A program made the translations under genes and the position numbers. A DNA stretch of 64,000 nucleotides from Antedon mediterranea (Eukaryota > Animalia > Echinodermata). Shown piece after piece: positions 13,501 through 28,500 of this stretch (its first letter is position 1; each line of letters starts with the position of its first letter). Location: the NCBI RefSeq assembly GCF_964355755.1, contig NC_092673.1, positions 26,533,648 through 26,597,647 of the forward strand. The letters run 5' to 3'. The notes under the pieces were generated by a model. The model worked only from the letters and a program-made list of their open reading frames with translations. It searched no databases and was not told where the DNA came from.

Positions 13501-16500
13501 CATCGGTATACTTAAAAGGTTTGTGTGACTGACCTTTTACGATTCCGTGACAACATTACCATATTATTATAATTAATTAAAATAATTTAGACCTAATTAT
13601 ATTTTTTCAAAAGTTCAATCTTTTGTTTTAATTCGTCTATTAAAGTGTAGTTTCTATTATTTATTATAAAGTGTAAGCATTGGCAACAGCATGGGTAACC
13701 CAATTTATATTCGATAGCGGTGAAGTTCTACAGTATGACTTTGGTGTAAGTAAAATGATGACGTCATGGAAGTATTACTCAATAAGTGGGGTTATTGTTA
13801 AAGTTATATATTTTATAATAAATGATATACATGTTAAACCCGGAGCTAACCTTTTAAACAAAAATATCATAAACTTAGTAGTAAGCTGAATTAAAAAAGA
13901 CACATCACTTTACTTGAGTGGTTGATAAAGTATAATAAAATATAGGCTTATCACAAGATACTCGACTCATAAAATGCAGTGTTTGTAGGGTGGTGGTAGA
14001 GTAGAATACGACACTTGGATCGAGCAAGTAACGGCCTGGTTGGATTTTATAAATCCGCACACCAAATGCTACAAGGTTTTTTATCTTAGAGGGCAAAAAT
14101 ATGACAATAACAGTTGCTATGCATAAATTAGGGCTGACATTTTAAAACGACTTCAATCGCCTGATTAAACTAGTGACGTGAACAATTGCTTGAAGTTTTT
14201 GCTAAGTTTCCGCTCTGAAAAGTAGTATTCATTGAAATCAATCGAACTTTATTTCCATAATATTAGTAATATAAAGATGTGAATGTATAATTACTATACT
14301 ATACTGTTATTTTGCTCTAAATTGATTCTCAGAATATATTCCATATTATTTTTATCTTTAAATAATCAATATAAATTAATTAGCTCAAACCATCAATTGT
14401 CGTCTGACGATTGTAAAAACAGTTACTTACAAAGTGGACGTTGTTTGTTTAAATATTTCATGCAAGATACAGGTAGTCCTTGTTTTATTAAATTGTTTGT
14501 TCTACATACAGAAATCTATAAATTCTATTCAATATAGCTATGTGTAAATATTTACAAGTTAGATGCTGTGGTATGCGCCTGTTTCTGTCAGCAAACACGA
14601 TACTGCAGGATGTTTATTGTCAGGATACCGTACGAAAATCGGCTTGTTGTTTTTTATACACTGTCATAATAATTAATGATAATATTTATTGCATCTTTAC
14701 AACAGTGGCAACAACATTAAGATAACCGTTAATTAGCTTGTGTCATCATACCGCCCTCTTTTTGTGACCAAACTTTAGTGTCTTTCGCGGTGCATGGTAT
14801 CAGACCAGGAAAAAAAATTACAAGTTTCAAAACACAGCCAACAAAGAAGCAATTATTGTTGCGATCGTAGCTCTCCATAGCGCGAATGCAGGATTGCTTT
14901 AAAATATATTATATGAAATCTTCTGTTACAGTATCTTATTCAGTCACACAATTTTAATTACGGTTAGTGCAAGCTATCCTGACTGAGATGACATGACGTA
15001 TTATCATTAACCAGCAGCACCATGTAAACTATAATAAACCTAGCGTGTGAGGATGTAATCTTTAATAATTGCTTATTCTTAGATTTAGAACTGTTTTAAA
15101 AGATTAGCATTAACTCCATCTATATTTATCTCTCCCCATTTATATACACATAACTACTATAGTGTAATGGTTATGATAACTGCTCTATGAGGGATTGTGG
15201 GTAGTAGAAATCCAGCCAGATGAGGCTGATCGTGATCGAACTTTACACTTGTCATTATGGTGGCACTATATGTATTGTAGTTTTTAATACGATATGTAAT
15301 ACGAATACAAGCTAGACGTAAATACTTCATATATGATGATGATGAGAACATGTTGAAGATGTATTGTCCCCCAAAAACATGAAAAATGAAGATTAATAAA
15401 ATCAGACTTTAAATAGGCCATAAAGTTATTTACTTCTGTAAAAAAAAATATTATTTCACTTATAAAAAAACCAGAAACGTTTATTTTTAACCAAAAACTA
15501 TTGTCTGACTGACAATTTAAGTTTTTTTTTCCTTTATTACATTTTAAATTTTTTTCAGGTAAATAATTGTGTTTCTATCTAGTTTTTGGTCAAAGTGAAT
15601 AACTATTATGTGACATTAAAATGGCATATTCAGGAACAAAAAATTGTTTTATTTATTTTTTTACGGGGACAATATATCTTTAACAAAAGTGTATGTTAGG
15701 CCTATATGAAGATGAGACGTAGAAACAATACAGGATATGATTGTATACGATGATTATTTTCATGTCTATTATTATTAGTCATCTTTCTTTTAAAGGCGAT
15801 AAAGTTACTATATACAAAGGTTACCCATCAACAAATTTGTTTTAATTTTAATTGAAGCAAAATTAATATGCTGGTACAATTTTAGGCAGGATAATTGTTT
15901 ATAATGTCTATGCATGATGACCAAATAAATATTAGAATAACGGCACGTGAATTAATACATTTGTAAGATATAGATATAGGCGTGAGTACATAACATTTGT
16001 GATATGTCATTGTGTTTCGTGAAAAATTCTATGAAATAACTTATGAATAGATAGATCCGGCCATTGACCACAAAATGAACTGGTTTTACACGAAATATAA
16101 TAATTGCAATAATATTAATAATAATTATGTAAGCTTTAATAATGACATGACATTTTCGTCGTAATACGTCATCGGTCCACGCTGATTCCCCGTAAATGTT
16201 CCGCAGATCTGTTTTAACAGTTCGTGAGACCAATTTCGTGGATATATTATACGACGTACAGTTATTTTGTTGGTGGCGGGGGGTGTAGGCTATCCCGTCG
16301 AACTGGAATTTGAGGAAAAATGTCACCACCCCTAGGAAAAATATGTCCCATTATCTACCTTATTGGTTACTGGAAGTTAGGCCTAGTTTGACCACGAATC
16401 TTGGTTCGTAAACCAAGGAAACAACTCTACTGTTAAATAAAATATCGTCATTCTTACAGTACATATCATTGCGTAACCTTTTATTCTTTAATTACTTGAC

Positions 16501-19500
16501 CATGGCAATATCCCATATGTTTACTGAGCGTTCGGTACCAATTATATTAATAATCACACCTACCCCAATATTCATTAGTGAAATGTGTTTGAAACCATCC
16601 GCCGAAAATTCTAATTACCGTCGGTCTTTCGAACAGTGCTCGTAATCATACCGGTCATAATGATTAACGTTACTTAAGATGTGTTGTTTTAATTTACTCG
16701 TTTATATAATGCCTCCTTTGAGATAGTGTTGTAATCTATTATGTTTATTCGCTGTTTACCATTTATAAAGATATCCAGCACACTACCAAAGAGTTGAAAT
16801 GGTAGTTTTTAATTATTCAGACCTTAGTTTTCATTAAAATGTCAATACCTTCAATAACATAGGTTTATCTGATGTGTTAATACGTCGTATATTATTTGCA
16901 TATTGCTCATAGGTGTTTGCCCATGCGCAAATACCCATTACAATTCGCGCGTGCGGATGTGGATATCGTTCAGTTTTGCGCATGCGCACTATTTATTAAG
17001 TCGAGGAATTATGAATAATATTGAGAGTCAATCCATGTGGGAAGCCAACAATGACAAGGGATTTCATAATATGCATGAACTAATTAAAGTATAAGTAACA
17101 GATATAACAAAACGGAGCCTAGGAATAGAAATAATTAATTCCTTCTAATCTTTTACGTAGAAAGCGGCCGTTAGTTCTAACTGACCACTAGAACAGCAGC
17201 GTAATCCAATTAATTTAACTAATCAGCGAGGCCTAATAATTATGAACATAATTAGAATTATGTTATCATTATGACTGAAATTAAATGTATAATTCATGTA
17301 TGAATCAACTTGCAGCAACATAACAAAAACAACATAAAGATGTTGGAATAATTTTGCGAGGAAAGCACTGCAGTTGATAACATTATCCACGCGCCAAACC
17401 TTTTTTTCTTGGTGTCGCAGACGACTATAAGGAGAAATTGAAAATCCTTAAAAAATGGAAAAAAATACTTGAGTATATTTAATTATAGACTTTCAGTCTG
17501 GTAGTCCGACACAATGTCTGTATGTGGAATTTAAAGATACTTTGCATTTTAAAATAATACTTATGGATAATAATTATTACTGTCAAATCGTTAGTAATTC
17601 GAGACAAATTACCGACGTGTAAGAAGCACGCGTCAATGTCTGTTACTCATCTGGTAATATTTTACAAAACTTTGTAACATTTCAATCTAAATGCAATCTT
17701 TAATTCAATCTTTCATTCATTCTTTCTTTCAATCTGTCATTCAATCTTTAATTCAATCTTTCATGCTTTCTTTCTTTCAATTATTCATTCATTTATTTAT
17801 TCATTATTTCATTCTTTCATTTATTTAATCTTACATTCATTCAATCTTACATTCATTCAATCTTTCATTTAATCGTTTATTCAATCTTTCATTCGACTTC
17901 AAAATGTGTTTTTTCACTACAATCTTTCCAAGTACATCATTTAAAAAATAATATCATTTAACTCTTTGGTAATCCAAAAACACAATTAAATAGGCTTACG
18001 GGCAATAAAGATATAGACTAATCGATTTTGAAAAAAAAAACTCGTTATTGTCATGAAAACGCTTCAAGTTGTCGATTAATATTAAATCAAGACAAATATA
18101 TCTTGCTTTCAATATTAAATTAATAGTTTTTATCAAGCTTTCTTTTGCAATGCCCATTTATTTAGTTTCACTGCAGTACAGTATAGTATTAGTATAGTAG
18201 TTTCGACAATCTTATCAATCAATCCTTTTTACTAGAATTATTGTATTACTCCTAAACATTGCTTTAGAATGTGTTTCTGCTATCCAACTAACAATACAAG
18301 ACAGTGAACTCGTAACAGTCCTTTGATGTTATGTTTGGCTGCGACAAATACCAACAGTACTGTACTATTTAACAGTTACCTGTCTGTTAAATGGGCGTGG
18401 AAATGATCGTGTCGCAGCCACAGATAAACCCTTTAATCTCCAGAGCTCAGAATGTTGGTGATAGATTGCTTTGATCCAACCCAGAGCTTCTTTTTTAGAG
18501 TCCTGGATATCAGTTGTAACTGTATTGTATAATGTAACTCGCGAACAGTAATTATACACATACAGCTTGGGAAGCCGTAATCTCATGCATATCCCCCGTT
18601 TTAGTGTTACATAAATACTCGTGAAGTGATATTACAAATTCCAATTTGACATTTAGTTTTACCTAGTAGAAAACTCAATCACTGTACCATTTAATAACTG
18701 TGTAATAATATATATGGGTATTTAAAAAAAACCTATAGCCCCTAATTCGACTTTGCCCACCGCAGTTTGTAATGAAAGTTAAACGATGATTTATAATCGT
18801 GTTACATCAAATATTATGTAAGTACATTTGATGGTTTTCTATTCGATGGGAGATTAATGAGGAAATGTTGTTGTAGTTAATTGAAAATGAGTTCACGTTC
18901 AAATTGGCAAGTTATCAAGTTTGTATTCAATCTGTGTATGACGTCATACTAAAAAATAAAGTTGATTGTCCTAAATGACAGTAGGACTGTATCATCAAAA
19001 TTATTAATTATTATTGTTAATATTATAATAATTTCCATTCTATCTTTAACAAAAATAAATATTTTTAACACTATAATTACTATTAACGTTGACATCATAA
19101 TCAAATCAATATCATTGACTTCATTATAAAAATCAGTATCATTAACATCATTATCAATATCATTGACGTCATTCAACGTCATTATTCAGCCTTCTTACTG
19201 GATACTAGGCCCTTAAGTCAAAAACCAAATGTTAAAACAACTTCTTATTTTATTTTATAAATAACGAATATGAATACGACAGTAACAATAATAATAATAG
19301 TTTCACATTATGATACAAAGATGTATGATCTATGGAAGCAGGCCGGGTTGCGATATTTCTTTTCGTACATAAGTTCATGAAACGATCAAAATGTAGATCA
19401 TAAGTTCATGAAACCCCTAATATCATGAAACGTCACAAAACCAACGTAATCGGTGGATTGACAACCTTGCATCCATCTTACTCCTAGCCAACTAATATTT

Positions 19501-22500
19501 TTCGATCGGTCTGGAATGAAGATGATAGTGTGTGTGGAATATTTATTGATATAATCCGCCACTAATTACACGAGCATTATCTCTTAAAATCAATGTAAGC
19601 CACCAGCAAAAATTGTCAATTTTACTTGTTCTTTATTCTGTGTTCTTTCTAATGTCGTATTCTGTCTCTGTATGTCCGTTTGTCGTACAACTTGTCAACT
19701 AGGCCGTTATTTTTCTTTTTTCAAATCCGAGAAAATACGACGACGAATATTTATCACTTATTTTACTGTTGTTCTTTGACGCAATTGTTATATCGTACGA
19801 AGATTTGCCAAATATATTTTTTTAGTTGAATCATACTAGAAATATTAGTAGATTAAAGTTAACTTATTATCAATATTTAATGTAATACAAGCGAATTTTC
19901 TTCTCAGTCGTGTTTAAAGTGTGTTAATTGCTTTATACAAAACCGCATTAATATCGCGTAGGCTGTTGTCTGTGCACGTCAGCCTTTTGAACAAATAATG
20001 TTATTAAACTTTAATTTAATTTTTATTGTTAACCTTTGATCATCCAAGCGTCTTTTGTTTAGTAACAACCTTTTTGTTTAGTAATATCATGAAGCGACTT
20101 TGTAACCCGTCAAAATATATACCATACTTCCAGTCGTTGGTCGGTTGGTCGGATGGTCGGTGGGATAGTCAATCGGTAAACATTAACTCAAATTTAAGCA
20201 CGCGACTGCAGCCATGTATGGCCTTGTTTGTTTTAAACATGGTACTGGGACAGTATGATAATTTCCGCATCATTGCGTAACCGTTCATTTGTGAACCACT
20301 GTGGCGGATTTTGGACGTGTGGTACGGGCGGAGTGTCAAAATAGTACAGTAAAATGAAGTGCTAATCTGAGCTTAATATCTTATCATTTGCTAGGCCCCC
20401 TATCAATGAATTGTACATTGTCAAACAAATACATTAAGTCAAAGGCATTAAAGTTAACTTATTAATGACAATTAACCGATTGAACGTATTATTTTATATT
20501 ATATAATAATAAACGATGATAAAAGGTGGACAAATTTGCTGTTAGTCCTGTTAGTCTGTTTGTATGCTCGATCTTCTATACCACCGAATGGAGGTATTGC
20601 CTTGAGTTTTTTAACACACAGTATATCCTGTACACATTGTTAAGATAATTTATTGTGTCTGTCGGCCTTCCATAGAAACACCTATTACTTGATGATCACT
20701 CCGGGTAATCTCGAGTGCGTTGTGTTAACAATAATCCTGTACGCATGGTCGTGAAAGGATTATGTTATTCGGCCTTCCATAGAAACAATTATTAGCCATA
20801 ATACACATGGAATCATCAGTGGTGTGACTGAGATGTCGGCGCATGATCAGGAATTTTAACTGGTCACCATCGTGTTACTTTAAGTTAGTTTAACAACCTG
20901 TCGCTTCGCACTCTGTCTTGCTCTCATTGTTGAGAGGAGTAATTGGGATTTACGGTTCAGTCGGAGTTTTAATATTACGCGTAGATACGCATAACACGCG
21001 TAAATACGCATAACAACGCATAACGTCATTTAACCGGTTTTTAGCCACCTTCTGTTTGATAGCTTCTAACATATTCTGTGGTAAGTCAAACGTTTTATAA
21101 TTAATGAGAGGATTATATTATTGATTTATACATATAGGTTGCTTTTTATTCAGTCATTATATATTTTTGTACAGTTTAACGATATTAAATCGCCATCACT
21201 AATCTATATCCAAGTATAGCTTATAACACATTAATTATAATTTGTAATAAATAATTATATTTGTAAGTGGGGCAAATTGATTAGGCTGATGATACTGTAG
21301 TTATGGTTGAGAACACGTTACCTTTGATCTGCATTGTTGATTATCTCATGGGACCACATTCGAATTTATACAAACATACACAATATTGTAATATTGTAAT
21401 TACGTATTTTGATAGTCTTTTTACAAAGACAGTGCAACAGTGGTATACGAACACATACGACTTAAGTGATAAGTGGAGTTGTTGTTTTTGGTGGTTAAAA
21501 TTATCAGTTACTGATGATCCCAATATGTTGGGTTCACATCCTTGGACATAGTATAACTCCACTCCCAAAGATTTATTTAAGACTTTGTTTATGTAGAGCA
21601 TCTTATATATAATGTTTTTAAGGATTGTCACCTTTAACAAGGATAGCGAATGAATTCACATATGGTTATCCTTGGGAATTTGTCGAAATATTGAAATTCG
21701 AATAAAATATTATATATAAATAAAGTAAAAACAATGTTTTACCATTAAATTAAATATTGTATGTAAATGTAATGGTCATATTTAATTGCATGTTCAATTT
21801 TGTAGGCCTGTATTAGAGAATGAATATAGATGATGAAACAATTTTAAAAGGATGGCTTAGGGAGAAATATAATTTCGTTAATAACTACCGACGTACGTTA
21901 ATCTGGCCATTGACACGGTCATTATACGCATCAAAAATAGCATTATTACTGAAACCACTAATCACTCGGATATATGTATACTAATCATAAGGCTATGTAT
22001 TGCTCCCTTTATTTATCAAACTAATACGAACTTTGAAATATCAATCTGAAATACTTAGCAACCACTAAATTATTTGAGACTAATTTAATTCATAGCCGTC
22101 TGATATGAAGCGACATCTCAGAATAAACTAAGTAATTCAATTTAACAGTTAATCGCTTTGCCAGATTTGTCAAACCGAAGTATCTGTGACATATTGTGAT
22201 AATGAGTGATAATTGGAGTTTAATTGAGTTGTCACCTGAAACTAAACACTGTGATTTCAAATGAAATGTGCACATAAAAACACGCCTTATAATTATTGTA
22301 TACTTTTAATTAGCATACTGTCTCGATGACACGTCGGAAGCATTTTTACTGACGCCAAATAAGCTTACATTATTTTTATATACAAATTTAATAACACTAA
22401 AGAACAAAATAAGATAGGTTATAGAACATTTATTAAATGTACATACAGTACAGTAATATTACAGCACTAGGGAAGGGTTAGCGTTACCCGAAACTCTGCA

Positions 22501-25500
22501 ATTTCTTTTAGGCTTGATATTGTTTTGATTTAGCTTTTTGCTTACCTCTCCATTGAGATCCAGCCTCTGATACCCACAGCATTGTCATTTTTTTCAGTAC
22601 TTATTTTATTTGTATCTCCATTGAGATACAGCCACTGACACCCACAACATTGTCATTTTTCAGTGCTTATTTTATTTGTATCTCCATTGAGATACAGCCA
22701 CTGACACCCACAACATTGTCATTTTTCAGTGCTTATTTTATTTGTATCTCCATTGAGATCCAGCCACTGATACCCACAACATTGTCATTTTTTCAGTGCT
22801 TATTTTATTTGTATCTCCATTGAGATCCAGCCACTGATACCCACAGCATTGTCATTTTTTTTCAGTACTTATTTTATTTGTATCTCCATTGAGATCCAGC
22901 CACTGATACCCACAGCATTGTCATTTTTTTCAGTACTTATTTTATTTGTATCTCCATTGAGATCCAGCCACTGATACCCATAGCATTGTCATTTTGTCAG
23001 TGCTTATTTTATTTGTATCTCCATTGAGATACAGCCACTGACACCCACAACATTGTCATTTTTCAGTGCTTATTTTATTTGTATCTCCATTGAGATCCAG
23101 CCACTGATACCCACAACATTGTCATTTTTTTCAGTGCTTATTTTATTTGTATCTCCATTTAGATCCAGCCACTGATACACACAGCATTGTCATTTTTTTC
23201 AGTGCTTATCTTATTTGTATCTCCATTGAGATCCAGTCACTGATACCCACAACATTGTCATTTTTTCATCAGTGCTTATTTTATTTTGTATCTCCATTTA
23301 GATCCAGCTACTGATACCCACAACATTGTCATTTTTTCAGTAATTTGCCTTTGGATTTATATAAATTATACATTTTCTTTTTATTGATAGAATAGATTAT
23401 AGAAAATATATTAATGTTAACAGTAAAGTAACATTACAGAACTGAGAAAGGTTTAGTGTTAATTCCTAAGACTTTCATGCTATTTGAATTTATCGTTTTG
23501 TTTTTGTTTTTTGCTTATTTGTTTTCATCTCCATTCAGATCCAACCAATTATACCCATTTTTCAGTAATATGCATTTTTATTTATAATATGCATTTTATT
23601 ATCATTATATATACAATAGAATATATACATAATTTGAATTGAGATTAAATTAATTTGATTTGAAATTGAAATAAGTTAATTTGAAAAGAATATTTTTTTG
23701 TATAATTTTATTTGAAATTAAAATAATTTTATTTGAAATTAAAATAATTTTATTTGAAATTAAAATAATTGGATTTTAAATTAAAATAATTTGAGGATTT
23801 CTTGCGGGTTCAGTCCCAAACACCACGTTTAGAGGTCATTTATACAGTATTTTGTTAAAAATGTCAGTGAGTTGGAACTTGGAAATAACTGAGCACAAGT
23901 TAATTTTAAAAACATATGGTGTTTATCGTTATGCACATCCTCTTAGAAATGATTTAAATGTTCAGTTTTCGCACTTTACGTCAAACAATATTTAGAATAT
24001 TTATGTTCCACATGCATTTTTTATTTGTTTTAATATTTTTTTACTTGGTTTTTTGTTAGTGTTTGTGCATGTGTTTTTTTCATTTTTTTTTAGAATCATG
24101 AAATATGATTTAAAAAAAAATTAATACGAATTATTATGAAGATTGCCTTCGGCAAAAATAAACATTATCGTGATAAAATAATATATTCATTTATTTAAAA
24201 ACATATTTATACAGGATAACATAATTCATAAATAGGGTGGTACAACAAGTTGGCAATATGGTCCTACATTACGTAACAATTGTTTCCTGTTGAATAGACC
24301 TAGAATAGTAATAAATACTAAAATATCTGTTTGTGTGTGTTAACAAAAGTTTATAATTCGTCTCAGTTTGAAATTTACTAAAACTTTACAATGGCCCGAT
24401 AGTAGGTAATTATTTTTGCTTTTTGCTAATCTGGCAATGGTATTATAGAATGGAAACTCACACAATGTTACACAATATACCTTCTGTTCAAGGAAACAAT
24501 GTCTTTAAGGTGCAAATGTTGAAAAAAGGCTTCAGAATGATGACGTCACATGATGACTATTAACTTCATGAAGAAATACTTACTTTGCCAGTACTGTCTG
24601 TACAGTAGAAGGAATTTCATTTTATATTGTAAACCGATTACCTGTTAAATGTATGTTACCTTGAAAAACATGATTTGTATTGGTTTTAAAGTTGCTTAAT
24701 ATATCATTTTAATGGACACGTTTTATACGATGGTTCGTTCTGCAATTAATATAACAATGTAAATCTAGAGAAACAGTATTTTACAAACATACTGTTATTA
24801 TTTTATCATAATCAATCGAATTAATTGAATAATCACAGTTGCTTGTGTTTCCCATAAGTTACTATTTATGCAGTTTTAAATGGCATTTAGTAGCCTAAGT
24901 ATGTGTTAGTACTTTAGCTCCCCAAATGACATCGGATAAATGTGGTTTGCGCTAAGCCTGTGCCAATATTGATCTTGCGTTTTTCATTTCAGAAAAGTCC
25001 CCAGCCCCAGCCAGAGGAGGAGATGGCGCTGCCGTCAATGCCAGGAGGCGTTGAGCAACTGTTCATACAAGCCGTTGAAAGAGGCGACCGTAAAGCCATC
25101 ACCTTTGCTCTTGCAAATGCCCCGGACCTGAATATAAATTGCACGGACTCTGAAGGAAAAACTGCCCTGGTGCTTGCTATACAAAATGGAAATTCAGGTA
25201 AACATTTTGACGAAATTGGTATTCCATAGTTGTGCGTTTCATAGTTTTTATTTTTTGGTTTGTTTCATGTTAAGTTATAGTTTGTTATGTTATGGCAATC
25301 ACTATGCAACTCTAAAGATTGGTTCAAACTTGGACGCAATCAGCGACGTAAGCACAACGCAAGTGAGTTAACCAATCACAAGCAATAGTTCAGTCGTGAT
25401 TGGTTGCGTTGCGTCCAAGTTGGAATCAAGCGTAAGGAAAAACATTTACCAACAATTTGGGCTTTAAAGTTAAATGTACGTCCTCCTACTCGTTGATGCA

Positions 25501-28500
25501 ACTAAAATCATACTGGTTATTCTAGACATCTCAGTAAACATGTTTGTTTATGAATTATGTTTATAAATTTATGATTGTCGGCGATTTAAAGAAAAGCGTT
25601 CTCTTACTGAGTGAGTTATAAAGAATTGTATTAACATAATTGTACATACGCAATAATAAAACAAAATAAGTCAGCGATTACTTATTAATTCTGCCATTCG
25701 ATATTCTCCCCATTCAACTCTAAGCATTATTATTTTGTATAATGTGTTGTGGGTTAAGTAGGCCTACTATTGCCGTATCTCTTAAACATCTACCGCCTGC
25801 TGACTGATCATCTCTTAACGTTGCAATATCATTAAACGTTTCCGTGACTGAAGGAAACGCAATAAATCAAAGTATTGTGTAATGTAATTGAACCAAATTT
25901 ATTGAATAAAAACGTTTGATATAACCGTGAACTTATGCTCAAATGTTCTATAAATGACGTAACTTCATTCAAGTCTAATTTCTGCCAAAAAAAAAGTCTT
26001 GAAAATCAGCGTCAGCTTATACGCATGCGTAGAGGGGGATTTGGAAGATGGATGGAAAATAGGCTTTAGTCTGATTGTTGTATTTTACCAGGATTTGGGT
26101 ACAAGCATCTGCGATTATTGGTAAAATGAGTTGCGTCGCGTCACCGTATACATCTTTGCGTTTCATTCTGGTTGGAACCAAGATTTACTATTTCTCTGAT
26201 AAGCAGAATGCGTAGAAAATTCAAATAAACTAAGAAGTTTAAAAGTCTGCCCCATGATATTTTATTAATATATAATTTTATACGTGAAGTACTGTATTTT
26301 AGCTTTATTAACCTTATCTTTCTATCTTATTGATAAAAGTATGTCGCAGTCTTTTATTCTGGTCTTATTAGCGATGTAATGTGTCATAGTATACTTCTTA
26401 CAAAACTTCCACTTAACTAAGCAATTTATTCATTACTATGTCTTAAGAAGAAAACACTTCTGTTAATAAGCATGTGACAGTTTGAATGCTTCATAAGTCA
26501 ACTAGGACTAGTTCACTAAAGAACAGACGTATTCCAGTAATACTTAACAACAAATGTACCTTTAGTATGAAACCACCCGACGGATTCTCGCCCGGTAGGC
26601 CTATCAATATACATCACCTGAAGTGTCTTGTCCTCTCGAAAATGAATTAATCCTTAGACACTATGCAGTAACTGTTTTTTAAAGTTTGGCTGTGACTAAT
26701 TAGTGCTTTAGGATTCCTAAGGATTCGAACCCCGTCGATGTAGTTTGTTTTTATTTTGAGTGAGATTAGGCCTATTTAGGGCAAATTAATTTAGGTTCCA
26801 CACGTGTGATATGAATGTGCCTGTTACCGTCGTTGACATAAAACAGCCACTCAGTTTCTTGTTGCTAGACATGATACCGTAGGGTAATTTGCTGTTCTCA
26901 ACAGCCATGAGTATTCATACGTACGATTTATGCGTTTTTGTCTGTTTTCGTTGACGTCATTGAGTACTGCACATGCGTTAAGGCTTGCCACCCGCTAGCT
27001 ATGTGTGCGCTACACTGTAGTTTACTCGAACTCAACAGTGCAACCGTTTCGAATAACACATTCTATCCACATTCAAATAAAATATTAAATTGTATTTGGA
27101 TGCAATTGATACTCTCTTGAGAACGACTCAATTGTGACCGTTATATCTTATTAATGCGATACGTGGTAAATAGACACAATCCTCTTATTTCCCATGACAG
27201 CGCATGCGATTGTTGTAATTTACTTCTACAAACCGATGGAAATTAACACGCACAGAATGTGCATTCATGCGTGTCACATTGCGTAAAGATTGACGTTTGA
27301 TAATCTATATCGCGTCAATGACACCGTAATGAGGTACAGCTCCACGCACGCGTGTAAACGTTGGTAAACCTTGGTTCCCACTAGGACGTAACGCAACGAC
27401 GTAAACGCAACGTAAGCAATTTAACCAGTCACAAGCGATGGATTATCCGAATTTCGCTTGTGATTGGTCAACTCGCTTGCCTTGCGCTTACGTCCTTGCG
27501 TTGCGTCCTAATGGGAAACCAAACATGTATAAGTAACGTTCGCGTACTACAAATACTGATACATAAACCACATAATCGTGTCGTGTATATTCTTGTGATT
27601 GGTCAAATTACTGTTGTGCGTACATATTTTCGTTGCGAAACTAAGCTTTTACAAAGATATGGCTGCCTTTGAATTCCCATTAGCTGTTTCATTGTTAACT
27701 AAAGTCTTAATATGTGCTAAAAATGCCATGTGATATTAAATAGTTCATTTGTATTTTAGTATTTAGGTTAATGTTTCGGAGTTCAGCCCATTTGTCCCAT
27801 TAATCTATGTATACCTACCTTTAGGGCTGTGAAGAGGCCTAAATACATTCTCCAAGCTTCTACATTAAATGTATATTGATTACTATGATATTTGATTGCA
27901 ATCATTAAACGTGTTTAACGTAATCTCATACTTCTTCCACGTATTAGCTATAGAGGACACTCTAACGCGAAAAGTATCAGTAGTCCCGTTAATGAATGTA
28001 AAATGCCTGTATCGATTGAAACACAGGCCTACAACTATCAATATAGATATATTATCAAATATATGTCTTTCCGTAATTAGCTTCATCTCGGACTGTCCGT
28101 GTAGAAAGGAAAGGTAATATGGTTCATTTAAGCCGTGTTATAACCAATAAATAATGTTTGATATACCTACATAGCAAGCACGCCGTGACGACTGTTTAAG
28201 ACATTACTTAAAGATTTGAAGGTGATCATTAATTGATAGGCCTTAACGGTTTGTCCACAAGTCTAATTTTAAAACGAGACCAAATTTGGTAATCTTACCG
28301 AATTTGGTAAATTGTTGTAATTTTGATGGGAATGGATATACATTTATAAAATATAAACATTGATAAATAAAAATAGGCCTATTTAAATACACTAACATGT
28401 TACTGTTGTAATGTAACCATTATGGTACAAATGTTTTTTTTTTTTTACAGATCCAAAGACGTGGGTTCTAATCCTATCTTTCTTAGTCGAAACATTTGTC

